Shown piece after piece: positions 39,226-54,320 of a stretch of 64,000 nt of DNA (positions are counted from its first letter, which is position 1; every line of letters starts with the position of its first letter). Made by a program: the position numbers and the translations under genes. This DNA comes from Octopus vulgaris (lineage: Eukaryota), in assembly GCA_951406725.2 (NCBI GenBank), contig OX597818.1, forward strand, positions 31,000,001 through 31,064,000, read 5' to 3'. Under the pieces are notes generated by a model. The model was given only the letters and a program-made list of their open reading frames with translations. It made no database searches and had not been told where the DNA came from.

Positions 39226-39449
39226 TCTCTTTACTCTCTCTTTTACTCTTTTATTTGTTTCAGTAATTTGACTGCGGCCATGCTGGAGCAACGCCTTTAG
39301 TCGAGCAAATCGACACCAGGACTTATTCTTTGTAAGCCTAGTACTTATTCTATCGGTCTCTTTTGCCGAACCGCTAAGTTACGGGGACGTAAACACACCA
39401 GCATCGGTTGTCAAGCGATGTTGGGGGTACAAACACAGACACACAAACA

Positions 39450-39515
<66 letters not shown>

Positions 39516-39681
39516 GACATATATACGACGGGCTTCTTTTCAGTTTCCGTCTACTAAATCCACTAACAAGGCTTTGGTCAGCCCGAGTTGAAGACACTTG
39601 CCTAAGGTGCCACGCAGTGGGACTGAACCGGGAACCATGTGGCTGGTAAGCAAGCTACTTACCACACAGCCACTCCTGCGC
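39226..39681 (-). mobile_element. SINE family B, full length
   Basis: Both halves plus internal (CA)n. Confidence 0.9.
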
Positions 39682-39724
<43 letters not shown>

Positions 39725-39725
<1 letters not shown>

Positions 39726-39995
39726 CTACAGTTACACTATCTAGATTACAGATTCAGGTTTATACCCGTAATTATCGGGACACTGGGATATGTAACACAC
39801 TGCAAAATACCAATCTTGAGAAATTAGGCATATCATAACCAGAAAGGAGAAAGCTGGATCCAAGTCATCACTGGAACTGTAAAAATCTATAAAACTCTCC
39901 AGAAATTTATCATTTAAGTATATACGAGCATGTCTAGACATGCAACTATATGCATGAGAATACACAAAACAAAGCGCACAGATCTGCACATATTC
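39725..39995 (+). mobile_element. 5'-truncated RLE non-LTR element flanked by (TACA)n
   Basis: LQLHYLDYRFRFIPVIIGTLGYV...VITGTVKIYKT..KFII*, homologous to 28345-28748. Confidence 0.75.
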
Positions 39996-40401
39996 ATACA
40001 TACACACATACATACAAAAATAATGTTGATGTTGTTGAAATTCTAATGTAGGAGCCTTGGATCTAGGTTAGAAACCGACTCTTTCTCTATTGGCAAGAAA
40101 TTTTGAAATAAAACTAAATAATGACATACATACAAACACAGTGATACACGCGCGCGCGCGCACACACACACACACATATACACGCATATATATATCAATA
40201 TGCATCTCTGTTTGCGATCATGTTTATGTTTCCGTGTTGTACATGTTTACATGTTTACATGTTTATCTCCTTTTATGTTCCACAAGGTAGCGATTCGACA
40301 AATAGCATTCGATAAAATAAGCATGAGACTGAAATAAATCCTGATGTCCATATGATAAAATAAATGATTGAAGGTAGTGTCCCAAGATGGCAACAGCCCA
40401 G

Positions 40402-41062
<661 letters not shown>

Positions 41063-41063
41063 A

Positions 41064-41144
<81 letters not shown>

Positions 41145-41159
41145 GTGTGCGTGCGTGCA

Positions 41160-41215
<56 letters not shown>

Positions 41216-41482
41216 TTTATGTTTCCGTTTTGTTTTATGTTGTATCTTTTTATATCATGTATCTTCACAATTCGACAAATAGACAGGATCTAAATTCCAT
41301 ATTGAAAGATCACAAAGTTGGACTAAGCTATTGAAAGTAGTGCTCGAGCAGGGTATACATTCACTACCGAAAATAATTAAAAAGTAAAGGACTGCATCTC
41401 AAACACGTAGGTCCTCAAAAAATGATTGCATTTACTAATATCAACAACCACTCATATAAACACTGCCTTGCGCCTAGAATCT

Positions 41483-41642
41483 GGCGTAGGAGTGCCTGTG
41501 TGGTAAGTAGCTTGCTTACCAACCACATGGCTCCGGGTTCAGTCCCACTGCGTGACACCTTGGGCAAGTGTCTTCTACTATAGCCTCGGGCCGACCAAAT
41601 CCTTGTGAGTGGATTTGGTAGACAGAAACTGAAAGAAGCCCG

Positions 41643-41738
<96 letters not shown>

Positions 41739-41905
41739 GTATGTATATATATGTATGTCTGTATATGTTTATGTCTGTGTTAGCGGTTCGGCAAAAGAAA
41801 TCCGATAGAATAAGTGCTAGGATTACAAAGAATAAGTCCTCGGTTAAAGGCGGTGCTCCAGCATGGCCACAGTCAAATGACTGAAACAAGTAAAAGAGTA
41901 AAAAG
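41483..41905 (+). mobile_element. SINE family B with internal (TA)n and deletions
   Basis: Head and tail match the B consensus. Confidence 0.9.
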
Positions 41906-42094
41906 AGCGACAGCAAAATTTTAACAGTTTTAAAGCCAAACAAAAAACCCAACTCTTAAAACGACATGCAGACCTCCCACAATCTTATACACAATTTAAA
42001 ACGTTCTAAAATGATCAGTGGCTGACAACATAAAAACAAGTTTTCTTTTACGATTCATAATATGGATTTGGACAAACTACACTGTTTGAAAATT

Positions 42095-42245
42095 TTACAG
42101 GAAGAAAAAAAGAGACAGATTTAGCATGGAAAACTTTGCGCGCACCATTTTAGCTAACATCGACATCAACAAAGTTCTTGATTTCTTGGTATCTATTCGT
42201 AAACAAACTTTTGCAACCTCGCGAACAATCTGTTGGGTCGCCAAT
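42095..42245 (+). mobile_element. Possible hAT transposase C-terminal remnant
   Basis: RKKKRDRFSMENFARTILANIDINKVLDFLVSIRKQ resembles the Charlie/Buster end KxRxRLxxExxxRxxLSNIxPxIxxLVxxKQ; gggtcgc downstream. Confidence 0.35.
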
Positions 42246-42270
42246 GAGTACAATAATAACATATTCCGAA

Positions 42271-42368
42271 TTTGTAATTTTCCGACCAAATTACCACAAA
42301 GATCTCCGCTCAGCAATTGTTTGTAATTTTCCGAACAAATTACCACAACGAACTCTGTTCAGTAATTG
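42271..42368 (+). repeat. 49-bp tandem duplication
   Basis: tttgtaattttccga(c/a)caaattaccacaa... x2. Confidence 0.85.
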
Positions 42369-45300
42369 TTTTATTTTTTCAGTGTATAGGACATTTCTAA
42401 AATTCTTTAAAGCATGAAGTTTCGTATGTGTTCTTCGTATTCTTCTACAAGCAGTTAGAGTGTCGTTCTCAGCCAGGCAAAGACATATATCATGAAGTGT
42501 GAGTCACACCTGATCACGTAACTAATTACCTACGTATCATAATTCTACAGAATCAGAGTTGACCTGACCTACGCAACAACAACAACAACAATAACAACAA
42601 AAAGAGGAAATATTTTCATTGGGGTATAATTAATGATATTTCTGAATTAAATTCTGAATTATTATTTTAATAATTTGCTTCCATAGCAACAGAGAAGAAA
42701 TTAAATTTCTCTCTGTTGTGACAGCTACCAAATAAATTTGTCTCATTTAATTTAAACTATGAAAAGTTATTAGCCACCGTGTTCCCTCGACCACAATGGT
42801 CTTTATTCAAATGTTTTAAAAATAAAATGCTATTTAAGGTATTGAGAAAAGTAATTTTTATTTTTATTTCCATTAAGAGAATAGATCTGAAAAAAGTAAG
42901 ACTTTTAGTAAAGAATCTATTGAAATCAAGTTAAAGGGGAAAAGAAGGAAAAATAAATACAGCTGGGTAAAGTAATCAAACAGTAGAAGAGATTCGGCGT
43001 TTTAGCATGTTCTACAGAGTAAAATTTAGATATCCGTTAAAAGCTGTATATGTGTAAACGGTTATACCCGGTTTCAAACGGAGTGTATGAATATTTTTGT
43101 TTGATTACACTTAGAAGTATAGGCACATGTTTGTTTTTGTGTTTGTCCACCCCTACTCCATCGCTTCATAACCAGTGTTGGTTTGTTTACATCTCGGCAA
43201 CTTAGTGACTTGGCAAAGGAAAACGAAAGAATAAGAAGCAAACTTAAAAATTAAGTACTAGCATGGCCACAGTTCTAAGACTGAAACAAGTAAAAGATAA
43301 AACATGTCTCTCAATCTTACTTCTTCGTGCCTAGAAACTGGAGCTTTTGTGACTGTATCAGTAATAAGTTATAGAAAAGCGACTTGTAATATTCCTTGAT
43401 ATTTCTTTCTAATTGAAAAGAGGACAGATTTTGAAAACTTTCGGCCGAAACAAATAACTTGGTGTAAATAGGATACAACATGAACGAACAAATGAAACGC
43501 AAATTTTAGTATTTTGTCGAGATATTGAAGAAAGTCAGGTGAAATGACAAGTGAAGCTATAAATAAATATGAAACTATTTGGTTTCTGGATTTATCAAAA
43601 TAATCATTACGGTTAACACAAGACTACAGAACCCAAATCCCTTTATGTGTCCGTTTCGGAAAATTCACATGTCAAGAAAGAATGGTGGAATAGACACGAG
43701 AATTATTTTTGGTTTGCGTTGCCAAATAGGATTTCGGAAACTATTAACATCAATATTATTGTTTCAGTTAAGCTTAGAAGAAATCTTTCGTGTAGAAATA
43801 CCAGCGAAGCAACAGTAGTTACAATGTGATAAGATTGTACGTGCAATAATTGTATGAAGGTACGCTTCAGTGTGTAAAATTTCAAATGAAGACATGGACA
43901 CACAGTCGAATGAAGTGCATGTAGATAACACGCGAAAGATATTAATGCTTTCTGCTTCTGTACGTAGATATTTCTTTTATAACGGTCGAGCAAACAGTTT
44001 TCAACATGTTTAGATTACTGAGTAATGTGCCAAAAAGGAGAAATATAGTTATATAATAGAAGATAAGCAAAGAAGATTGGTTTTATGTTGCACGTAGGAA
44101 CAAACCTTTAAGTTCTGAGAAATAATGCAAAAACGTAAAGTAAATGTTTTAACGCTGACAATATCGACACAATATGTTTGCTTGCTTTGCGTGTTAGGGA
44201 CTTGAGGTATACGTTATTAACCCAGAATAGCGTTAAATGTAGAATGTCGACAACAATCACGAGTTATTGATTCAGGAAGATGAATTTAAATGTCTAAATC
44301 TTAACACATGCACAATGTTGATATATTGGTGTCTTTTTTATTATGCAGTTGAGACTATGAATAAGTACATTGTTTTGTGTGAGTTCAACTTCTTTCAGAA
44401 ATATGCAAGTGATTTTAGATCGATAGATTTAGCTGAGCAAACGATTCGTGGTCTTCATTACATCAATTGTCTAAATAATTCGTCACCTTTATTTAAAATG
44501 CAAGATGTAGAATTTATTAATATCTTTATATTTTTTAAATAAGGAATATTCATTTGCATATTACTCTCATTAAAAACAGTTCACTGTTACAAGCAATTAG
44601 CAACCATTTTAAATACAGCTGTACTTCAAAAATAATTATCGCAAAATATAACTAAATAAAACGTAAAGTGTACGAACTGTATATTGCATTTAGCTCACTA
44701 AAGATATTACCTTCATTATTTACCACCCGATGGTAGAAATAATATACTGACTAAGGAAAAATACCTTTCTCAGTTCAGCTATTTCTCCTTCGGTGAGGTT
44801 GTAGCGGGAGAAAAGTAGAACGCATATGCCGTAACAAAAGAAACAAAGCTACAAATAAATGTGAATAAGGAAATTTGTTAGGCACACATATTTGTTGGAG
44901 TGGATTAGGAGGCAATCCTTAACCGAGGCACTTTGGTGTTTACTAGGAGCTGCTGTTTAATACATTCGGCAGGTTTAATCACATTCTTACAGTGGAAGTC
45001 TTACAAAGGTCATTCTTGGGCAAAGTGGCATCATAATCAAGCTGTTTGTAAATACAAACAATTGTTTTGATGTTATAAAGAAAACTTTACGCTGTTTGTT
45101 CAATACAATAGCTGTTCTTGGACAATTAACTGAAGAACAATACTTTGGAATGAATCGTTTAGTTTGAGATGAATGATGTGAATTGAAATTTCTTCAGGCA
45201 GTGTATTAAAGATGAATTACATTTAGACAACTAACTACTTGCAGTTTGTGAGAAATACTAAAGCACTTTGCCTTATTTCCGGGATCTACTTGGATAATGT

Positions 45301-46514
45301 TTTACGTTCTGAAACGGAATACAAATACATCGTATTTGATTGACGTTGAGCACGTAATCTGCGCTTTCTGACATTTTCTTCTGACAATGAATGAATGATT
45401 CATTCGTGTTATTTCTATGTTTTCTTTTTGTTAATAGGAGAAAATGAAAAGATAAGGGAGAAACATCGCTCCTTCATTTAAGATTTTAAACTTCTCAATG
45501 CAATGCACTAATTAAAATGATTGAAAACCTCGATCACAACTTTCAGAAATTCTGTAGTAAGAGGCATGATTTTCATGTTGCTATGAAAGGAAGAAATTAA
45601 AAGCTGAGATGCCTTTTAGTATTAACATTTCCACAGTTTAGTAAAATATAATTGATTGAAAATATGCTCGGGAATTCGAATTCATTAGTTATTTGCAGTC
45701 AGTCACGTCGACTTTGAATGATGGATAAACTTATAGTTCAATTACGTAGACGTGATTATTTTCAATCAAACGTCTTAATACATACATTTTATACGTGACG
45801 AATCGTCTAGTCATACCGAATGTAGTACGTTTAGTGAAAAATTAATAAATAGGTACATATGTAGATAAAAGCAAAGCTTATCATCGATGATTGCCGGCAT
45901 AGATTCTCAGGCTTTAAAAGTCCTCGTTATTGAATGGGAATAGCAGAACCGTGTTAGAGAGAATTTCCAGCCGTTGTAATTCAGTTGGACTGGAATCAAT
46001 CACTGTCAGGAACAGTTAGATTACAGTTTAGAAAACAGATGTTCCCTAATGTGATTTTCTTGCACAAATATTGATTTCTAACATTGGTATAAAGTCTCAA
46101 AGGTTTTGTGGAATGGTTAGAGTTAATTAAAGCGACTCAGTATTTGACTGCTATTTTATTTTATCAACTTTGGAACGATGAAAACAAAGTCAATCTCAAT
46201 AAAAATTTACGTAATGCAAGGGAGGTAACTCAATATACTAACTTCCCCATTCATGATCTAATGATTTGATCAATTCATTGCTATTTTGTTAGACAAATTT
46301 TGATTTGTTATTGTAGTACTTGACAGGAAATTTATTTCACCGTCATCAGAAGGATAAAAAATGAAGTTGAACTGGATGGGATTTGAACTCAGAACGCAAA
46401 GAGACTCTTAAGACATCTGTCCTCTGCGCTAACCATTCTGTAAGTCTGCTACGGTGTCGTCATAACAATCTTGAACACAATATTAAGAATATTAACCCTT
46501 TTACAGAGATATAT

Positions 46515-46745
46515 ATTTCTTTATTGACCACAAGGGGCTGAACATAGAGGAGACAAACAAGGACAGACAAAGGGATTAAGTCGATTACATCGACCCCAGT
46601 GCGAAACTGGTATTTTAGTTATCGACCCCGAAAGGATGAAATGCAAAGTCGACCTCGGCGGAATTTGAACACAGAACGTAACGACAGACGAAATACTGCT
46701 AAGCATTTCGCCCGGCGCGCTAACGTGTCTGCCAGCTCGCCGCCT
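46515..46745 (-). mobile_element. SINE A (long tail), young; older A copies at 46075-46450
   Basis: Near-consensus reverse complement. Confidence 0.9.
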
Positions 46746-47656
46746 TTTAATTCAGAAACAAAATATAGGAAACTAACTGACCGCTCACTCAAGTGATAGC
46801 GTCAACTCAGTAAACAAACTAAGGATCGTCGAAGCGACGAGAAGACCTGTAAGCGGTCGGTAGGCCTGCTGAAAACAGCAGCCAATTTGTCCACATCAAG
46901 CTATATTTTCTTAGAAATGGTGTCACACATTAGGTAACATTGTCAGACAAAAAAGAGTCTGAAAATACGAGACACAGTTGCCAAAGCTCAACTGGAGCTA
47001 AACAGCTGCTTAACTCAAACTAATAAAACTGATTTTGTACCGCATTTCTTTCTGTTACAATATACTGAACCTGTATCAATTGCTGTTAGATATTCATTGA
47101 ACCTAGATCTTCTGCTGGTCGGAAAATGTGAATATATAGTACACTCTGTCTTGGATTTATCATGCATTTTAACGGTGATTAACTGCGTAGCTATATACTA
47201 CTACATGAAGAACAAAACAATGCAAACACCCCCCACCCCCCGAAAAAAGAAGCAAAATAAAATATAAAAACGGAACGAAAAACACAAGACAATAATAATA
47301 AAAAAAATATATCACTAAAGCCATTGCATTCAAAATCACGCCCTCTTAGACATTGCAGTAACTGTTTGTACATCAGTCACTCTAGTTTGAAAGTTCTCAT
47401 GCAGAGATGTCCGTCAGAAGTGCAATTATATCAGCCACTCCTCTCCACTACTAACTCACTTGATCATTGATAGCTTAAAGAAGAGAAAAGAGTTTCTATA
47501 ACACAAAGAAAGGCAACTTATCAAATTTCCAAATCGCTGCATCTGGAACAGCTAAGCTAGGTCTGGCACTCCAAGTTGGAATTTATCCACCAAATAAATT
47601 AATAAATAAATAGCATATATACATATACATAATACATACATACATACATACATACA

Positions 47657-47688
<32 letters not shown>

Positions 47689-47690
47689 AA

Positions 47691-47727
<37 letters not shown>

Positions 47728-47857
47728 GCACATATACATATACATTCATATATATTTACACACACACACATAATTAGATCGTTAAGCTCAAAGTATTTAG
47801 TTCTCTCTAACTCTTTGTTTTCTTGTTTCTTTAGTTGTTTTCCATCCCTTCTAGATT

Positions 47858-47913
<56 letters not shown>

Positions 47914-48446
47914 ATATATATATGATAACACAATAAATAAACGCTATAAAATGGCAAAAAAGTCAGATTTTCTACTTGTTATTACGACTATTTCTTCCTA
48001 TTCTTTTTTTGTTTTACATTTGATGAAGTGGGTGGCGGGTTTCACTCATTAAAATATATTTTGACATTATTAAACCTCACCCCCCGAAAAACAAACATAA
48101 ATCAACGGAAAAAACTATAATATAAAAAATGATAACAAGGGGGTTACAGCACAGGCACAAACGTTCCCGACATGGCTCCTGTCAGAAATTTCTTCGAAAC
48201 CTTCTGGTAATATTTTCAGTTTCTCGAAATGATTTCTGCGTCCCATAGACAGACAATCCTAGATTCCAAAATCCATTGTTTTTTTTTTATGATTTGAAAA
48301 AATAATCTCGAAAATAGTTGACACAGACACCAACAGACACTGCCGTTACCACCACCACCACCACCACTACCACCACTACCACCACCACCACCACCACTAC
48401 TAACACCAACACCACCACCACCACTACCACCACCACCACCACTACC

Positions 48447-48485
<39 letters not shown>

Positions 48486-48487
48486 GA

Positions 48488-48700
48488 TTTCTACTTTAGG
48501 CACTAGCCCAGAAAATTTGAGAAATGGAATTAGTCGATGCGATCGCCCCCTGTACTTGACTGGTACTTTATTTTATCGATCGTGACAGGACGAAAGGCAA
48601 AGTTCATTTCGGTGTGATCTGAGTCCAGAGTATAAAGAGCTGGAAGAATTGCCGCTAGTTATTTTAACCAACTCTCTAACGGTTCTGCTAACTTGCCGCC

Positions 48701-48780
<80 letters not shown>

Positions 48781-48996
48781 GATAATAATAATAATCCTTT
48801 CTACACCAGGTACAAAGCCTGAAATTGGGATGATGTGCAAGTCCATTACATCGATCCCAGTGTTTCACTGGTACTTAATTTATCGACCCCCAAATGTTGA
48901 AAGGCAAAGTCAACTCCGGTGGAATTTGAACGTAAGGCCGGACGAAATGCCGTTATGCATTTCCTTCGGTGTGCTAACGATTCTGCCAGCTCGCCT
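48488..48996 (-). mobile_element. Two SINE A copies separated by (CTA)n
   Basis: 48488-48700 and 48796-48996; gaaaggcaaagt core. Confidence 0.75.
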
Positions 48997-49007
48997 TGTT
49001 AATAATG

Positions 49008-49078
<71 letters not shown>

Positions 49079-50123
49079 GATGATGATGATGATGGTGATG
49101 GTGCTAGTTGTTGCCAACAACATCAGCAAGTGGAATAACAAAATCAACTCAAGGGAGCAAAAATAAAGATAAAAAAATAAGGAATTGAAGAATGATAAAA
49201 CTACAAGTTCGATTCGACAATTAATCTTTCGTACAAAACAACGTTGGGCGTTGCGGTTAGGTATTAGTTAAGCTTTACAAATCAATCTTTCTTCCAACGG
49301 TAGGACCACTGCCATCAATTCGTGACTAAGTGCATCGAACCGATGTGAAAGCGGGTGCTAAACGGCAAGGAACAGCCTGCTCCATTAGCAGACACTTCTG
49401 TCAATGTGCACGACTGAAGGAAGGCTGCGAAATCTTATTCTTAGATAGCGACATTCTAATGACGGTGTGATGAATACACTAGTCTATCCAGGCCACTCAT
49501 CAGACTAGCTAGCAAATTGCTGCTTTCCAATCGGGCATTATCATGCAAGCGTGCTGACCTGGCAAGTAAAATTTTTGTTCATCAATTTGTAATTGTCACC
49601 AAAAATATTCTGTTTTCATGTAAATAATTCCATAAAAATTCTCCACAGCACTCCATTCCACAAATTATTTCTTCCTTGCTGCATTAGTAGAAAGAAATGC
49701 ACGTAACTCAATATAGAATCCTAATTCTGTTATTCCACTATCTTGAGACTCTTTACTCTCTTGCTATGATACAAGCTACACATTTGTAAGGAAAAAGTAC
49801 AGTATATCAAATCGATTGTATTACTTTATAGGGTAAATTTAGAGTATTTGTTCTATAGATATTCTATTACTTGTATATTAATTCTATCGAGGTCGGAAGG
49901 GTGAAATGAAATGTTAAATCAAAAACATCAAGGGACGTAGGTCCCAATTCTGCCATACACTAATCTCAACAGAAAATTTGTTCTGAATGTACATTCGTAT
50001 TTTACAAGTGTTATATATATATATATATATATATATATCTTAAACACAATAATAGCTATATAATAATATATATACTCCGATTTAAAGCGACGTTTATATA
50101 TAAACAATTGACTGAAAAATGTT

Positions 50124-50205
50124 GAGCTAACCATGGCCAGAATCGAACCTACAAATTAACGCTTACACGGCTCCTTGCGCATCCGATTGGGCCAAACGCT
50201 CACCC
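50124..50205 (-). pseudogene. tRNA-like Pol III head (tRNA pseudogene or rare SINE head)
   Basis: A box tggcccaatcgg and B box ggttcgattct; no clean acceptor stem. Confidence 0.5.
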
Positions 50206-50234
50206 ATAAATTCTAACCAAATTTTAACCAAATT

Positions 50235-50334
<100 letters not shown>

Positions 50335-50361
50335 ACATACATACATACATACATACATACA

Positions 50362-50394
<33 letters not shown>

Positions 50395-50594
50395 TTATAC
50401 TCCACACACGCATATATGCATATGAAAGCATGTTTGCATGTATACATATATGTATGTACGTATTGGCAGAATTGTCAGAGTGTTCGGATAGAATATCTTA
50501 CAATATTCGCTTCAGCTCTGTACTCTCAATTCAATTCCCTTTGAGGTCAATTTTGTCTATCATTTTTTTGGGTGTCGATAAATAAAGCACTAGT

Positions 50595-50975
50595 CCAGTA
50601 ACTTGGGACGATTTCTATGGTCAGAACAAAGGCTAACGAAGCTGTTGTATCTTTCAACGAATAGTCCTAAATGTGAAATGGCAGTAACGTATGACAAACG
50701 AATGACTTTATGGAAACCTGCTGAAAGTTAGCAAGAAGATCAGGCAAAGCCGGCTGCGACTGTCTGGGCACTGCGCTCGCCACCCTGAACTGGAAGCATC
50801 CAAATTAGTCATGTGGGACCCACTTCATGGTGATGTAAGAAGAGGAGAGTGTCACACATCAACAACTTGTTCACAGACACTGGCCTGGAATGTAACCAGG
50901 ACCTTGAGGCAGTGATGTTGAATCGAGAAGTATGGCAGGTGGACTTTGTTGCAGTGACTCGGGTTGGAACCCGGC
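50595..50975 (+). mobile_element. RTE-clade LINE 3' fragment
   Basis: LNVKWQ*RMTNE*LYGNLLKVSKKIRQSRLRLSGHCARHPELEASKLVMWDPLHG..DTGL..DLEAVMLNREVW. Confidence 0.85.
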
Positions 50976-51155
50976 CATAATAAATAACAGGGACTATTAT
51001 TCTTTCTCCCATTCTCTCTGTATTGTACCCGTGATTTAATGCTCCTACAATGTCTCACTCTATCACATTGATTGGGTTAAAAATTACTTTAAAAGGGTGC
51101 ATGTGTCTGCCAAATACTCAGCCACTCAAACATAAGTTTCATGAGCAGGAATTTA

Positions 51156-51697
51156 TTGGGTTGTCCAGAAAGTTCGTGCCGAATTATAGTAGCTTTCCTT
51201 TCGACTTATTTTAGAACACGGTTGAGTCCATAAAATAGGATTTGACTACACCTCCATTTAGAGCACAGTTTAAGCTGTCTTTTCGTGGAAGAAGGTTTAT
51301 GTGCCTATAACATGGAGTTAATTCTGTAACCTTTTAAAATGGAAGATAAGAAAGTTCATTTTCGGCATTTGATGCTTTGGGAACCAGGCAAAAATTGCTG
51401 CAGCTCTATATTCACCAGATATTGCTTCTTCGGATTTCCACTTATTTAGGTCTCTTCAGAATAGTCTTAATGGTAAAAAATGAAATTCCTTGGCTGACGT
51501 AAAACGATACCTTGATGAATTCTTTGCCATGAAACCATCTCAATTCTGGGAAGAGGATATTTTCAAGTTAAAGGAAAAATGGAGACGCATTGTGCAACAA
51601 AATGGTTCATATTTGGTTGATTAAAAATGTAATGGCAAGTATTTATTGACCTTTTTCTTTCCTTTAAAAATCGGCACGAACTTTCCGGACAACCCAA
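51156..51697 (+). mobile_element. Internally deleted mariner
   Basis: TA-flanked TIRs ttgggttgtcc(a/g)gaaagttcgtgccga; MEDKKVHFRHLMLWE joined to YSPDIASSDFHLFRSLQN...WRRIVQQNGSY. Confidence 0.95.
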
Positions 51698-52342
51698 TAG
51701 TTTGTTCAACAATTGAATACTCATTGTGAAGACATGTATCGCTCGAAATACCAGCTAATATCTGACGCTATTTGAGCCTTTAGCACTCAGATTATTCTGT
51801 CAAATGTAATATTTATTCATATTGTTCTGAATTAATCATGTATTATCTTATAGTTTAGATATTTTGATGATATGGTTGCTTAGTTTTAGAATGACGTTGT
51901 AGGGTTGAAGTGAAAAGCCAAATCTGGCCAGTCTGAACATAAAACGTTAAATATTTTGGCCAAGTCTCGGTGCTTCAGTAAACTTGACATATCTCAGCAG
52001 AAAATAGTTTCAGACATGACATTCGTCAACTAAAGATAGGCTGGTATATAAAATTGCATTCTACAGTTAAGGATATTGAAAATTTTAATGGATATATCTG
52101 ATTTCCACAGTATAAGTGTTAAAAGTAAATTTATCATCTGCTAACGAAGATCTGATTTCCTCCTACCTACAAAATTTAAAATTTCCTGATATTTATTAAT
52201 TTTTAAAAAAAGTTATGTCCCGTTAATGTCGGGAATCACTAATAATTACTGCTATAATTTTATTTTCTGTTCTTCAAAAGGAAAATTTTACTTCATTTAG
52301 AATATTTTTGCACACATCATTCGGTACAACACCACCTGCGGT

Positions 52343-52841
52343 GGAGGCGCAATGCCGCAGGGATTAGGGCAGCGGACTCGCGGTCGTAAGAACGCGGTTT
52401 CGATTCCCAGACCGGGCATTGTGAGAGTTTATTGAGCAAAAACACCTAGGCTCCACGAGGCTCCGGCGGGGAGGGGTGGTGAACTCCGCTGTACTCTTTC
52501 ACCACAACTTTCTCTCACTGTTTCTTCCTACTGCTGCCACAAAGCAGAGGAACCATGGTGTAACCCACTATAGTGTGGTAAACTTTCAGACCCTAGTCTA
52601 GATTGCGAATCCGCTGTACCCCAGGATGGTTCAGCTCTTCGCCCGTTAGAAGCCGCCGTTTACGGAATGAGGATAACAACGTAGCTTTCGCGCCCGTGCA
52701 ACCGCCAGTCTATCGCGTGTGGTAGGTGGATCTTCAAGTTGCTATACGCATTCTTAGTAGCTTAGGGTAGGCTCGAATTAGAGATTATTCTTTGTGGCTA
52801 GTGGCGTGAGTCCTGATTGGAAGAAGAAGAAGAAGAAGAAG
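52343..52841 (+). mobile_element. SINE family C, tail variant 2
   Basis: Same head as 8799; different 3' half ending (GAA)n; imperfect TSD acaccacctgcg/acactacctacg. Confidence 0.9.
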
Positions 52842-53484
52842 ACACTACCTACGAGAGTTATCTAAATTCAAGTATTGGTCCTAATGTACTTTACCTGCAG
52901 TCAGAATTGTTTGTGACATTTTCTACAAGACAAAAGTCTAAATTCACGAATCGGACAGTCATAAGGATAAAAAAAACTGTACTGCGCTTATGAGATATAA
53001 TAACGCCGAACATAATATGTTTATAGCTTTCACATCGCTCAACAACAAGCAAAAAATTCCCACCCCCACCAGAATAAAAATTAAATTCACTAATTATCAT
53101 GCCTTTTCTTTAAGAGTAATAGACAGTTGTTACTAGGTTTTTGTCGTTTTTCTTCGGCTAAAATGTCAAATATCAATATATTAAGAATCGTTTTGCTATC
53201 ATTCATTTAGTACATCAATAGTTTATAGATGAAAGATCCATTTATTTTCTTACATCTAGCTGCTATACAAAAGATGCAGAGCATACACATATGGAATCAT
53301 ATAATTTAACTTGTTATTTCCGTCTTCACACATTGTACGACCCTTCACAACTCTGGACGGGTTGTTTTAAGTATACACTCACATACACCTGCGCATGCAC
53401 TCACAGACACACTTATGCAAACACACACAAATACACACACATGTAGGCATAGGCATTTATATGTGACGTATTTAGAAATATAAG

Positions 53485-53520
<36 letters not shown>

Positions 53521-53605
53521 CACACACACATATATATACACATATATATATATATATATATACATTCACACACTCACACACAGTTTATCTATCTATCTAT
53601 CTATA

Positions 53606-53695
<90 letters not shown>

Positions 53696-53798
53696 CTTGC
53701 CTGAGTGTCTATCTAACTATCTAAAATTACATACATATAGAATATAAAGAAAGTTAGGAGGTATTAGATGAAGATATTTCACCAATTGATATCTATAG

Positions 53799-53958
53799 GA
53801 TGACGGCTGTTTCACTGTTAACATCATGCAAATATAATTTATTTTTGTGTATAATAAATTATTTTACATGTTTGCACTACTATGTATGCTATAAATTGCA
53901 TAATTCTGTTGTATATTTTACAAACCAATGCAGATATAGAAGGCTAGCTCTTCAGATC
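53799..53958 (-). ncRNA. Hammerhead-like motif with long stem II insert
   Basis: gat-CTGAAGA-gct...(about 125 nt)...agt-GAAA-cagccg-TC-atc. Confidence 0.5.
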
Positions 53959-54084
53959 GACAGAATATCATGATTACATCAATTTTCAACTCCGGTTTAC
54001 TATGTGGTGTGTAGATGGGTCTAATAAAGGAGTTTTTTTGTGATTACCACCGGATTATATAAATCCATATATTCTTTTCCAATC

Positions 54085-54320
54085 TATGTACGGGGACGTA
54101 AACACATTAACGCTGGTTGTGAAGCGGTAGCAGGGGACATTTACGACGGGCTGCTTTCAGTTTCTGCTTATCAAATTCACTCACGTGGCTTTGGTCGGCC
54201 TAGGGCTATAATAGAAAACACTTGTCCGAGGCCACACGCAGTGAGACTGAACCCGGAACCATGTGGTTGGTAAACAAATTGCTTACCACGCCTGAGCCTA
54301 TTAAACAGTCACGCCTACGC
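54085..54320 (-). mobile_element. SINE family B, partial, lacking the internal microsatellite
   Basis: cggggacgtaaacac...gacgggctgctttcagtttc...gaacccggaaccatgtgg. Confidence 0.75.

Noticed and set aside
44267-44542. 91-aa ORF in unique sequence
   Set aside because: Non-ATG start, no recognisable motif or splice signals
49481-49510. CTGATGA on minus strand within a small hairpin
   Set aside because: No downstream GAAA with stems II and III
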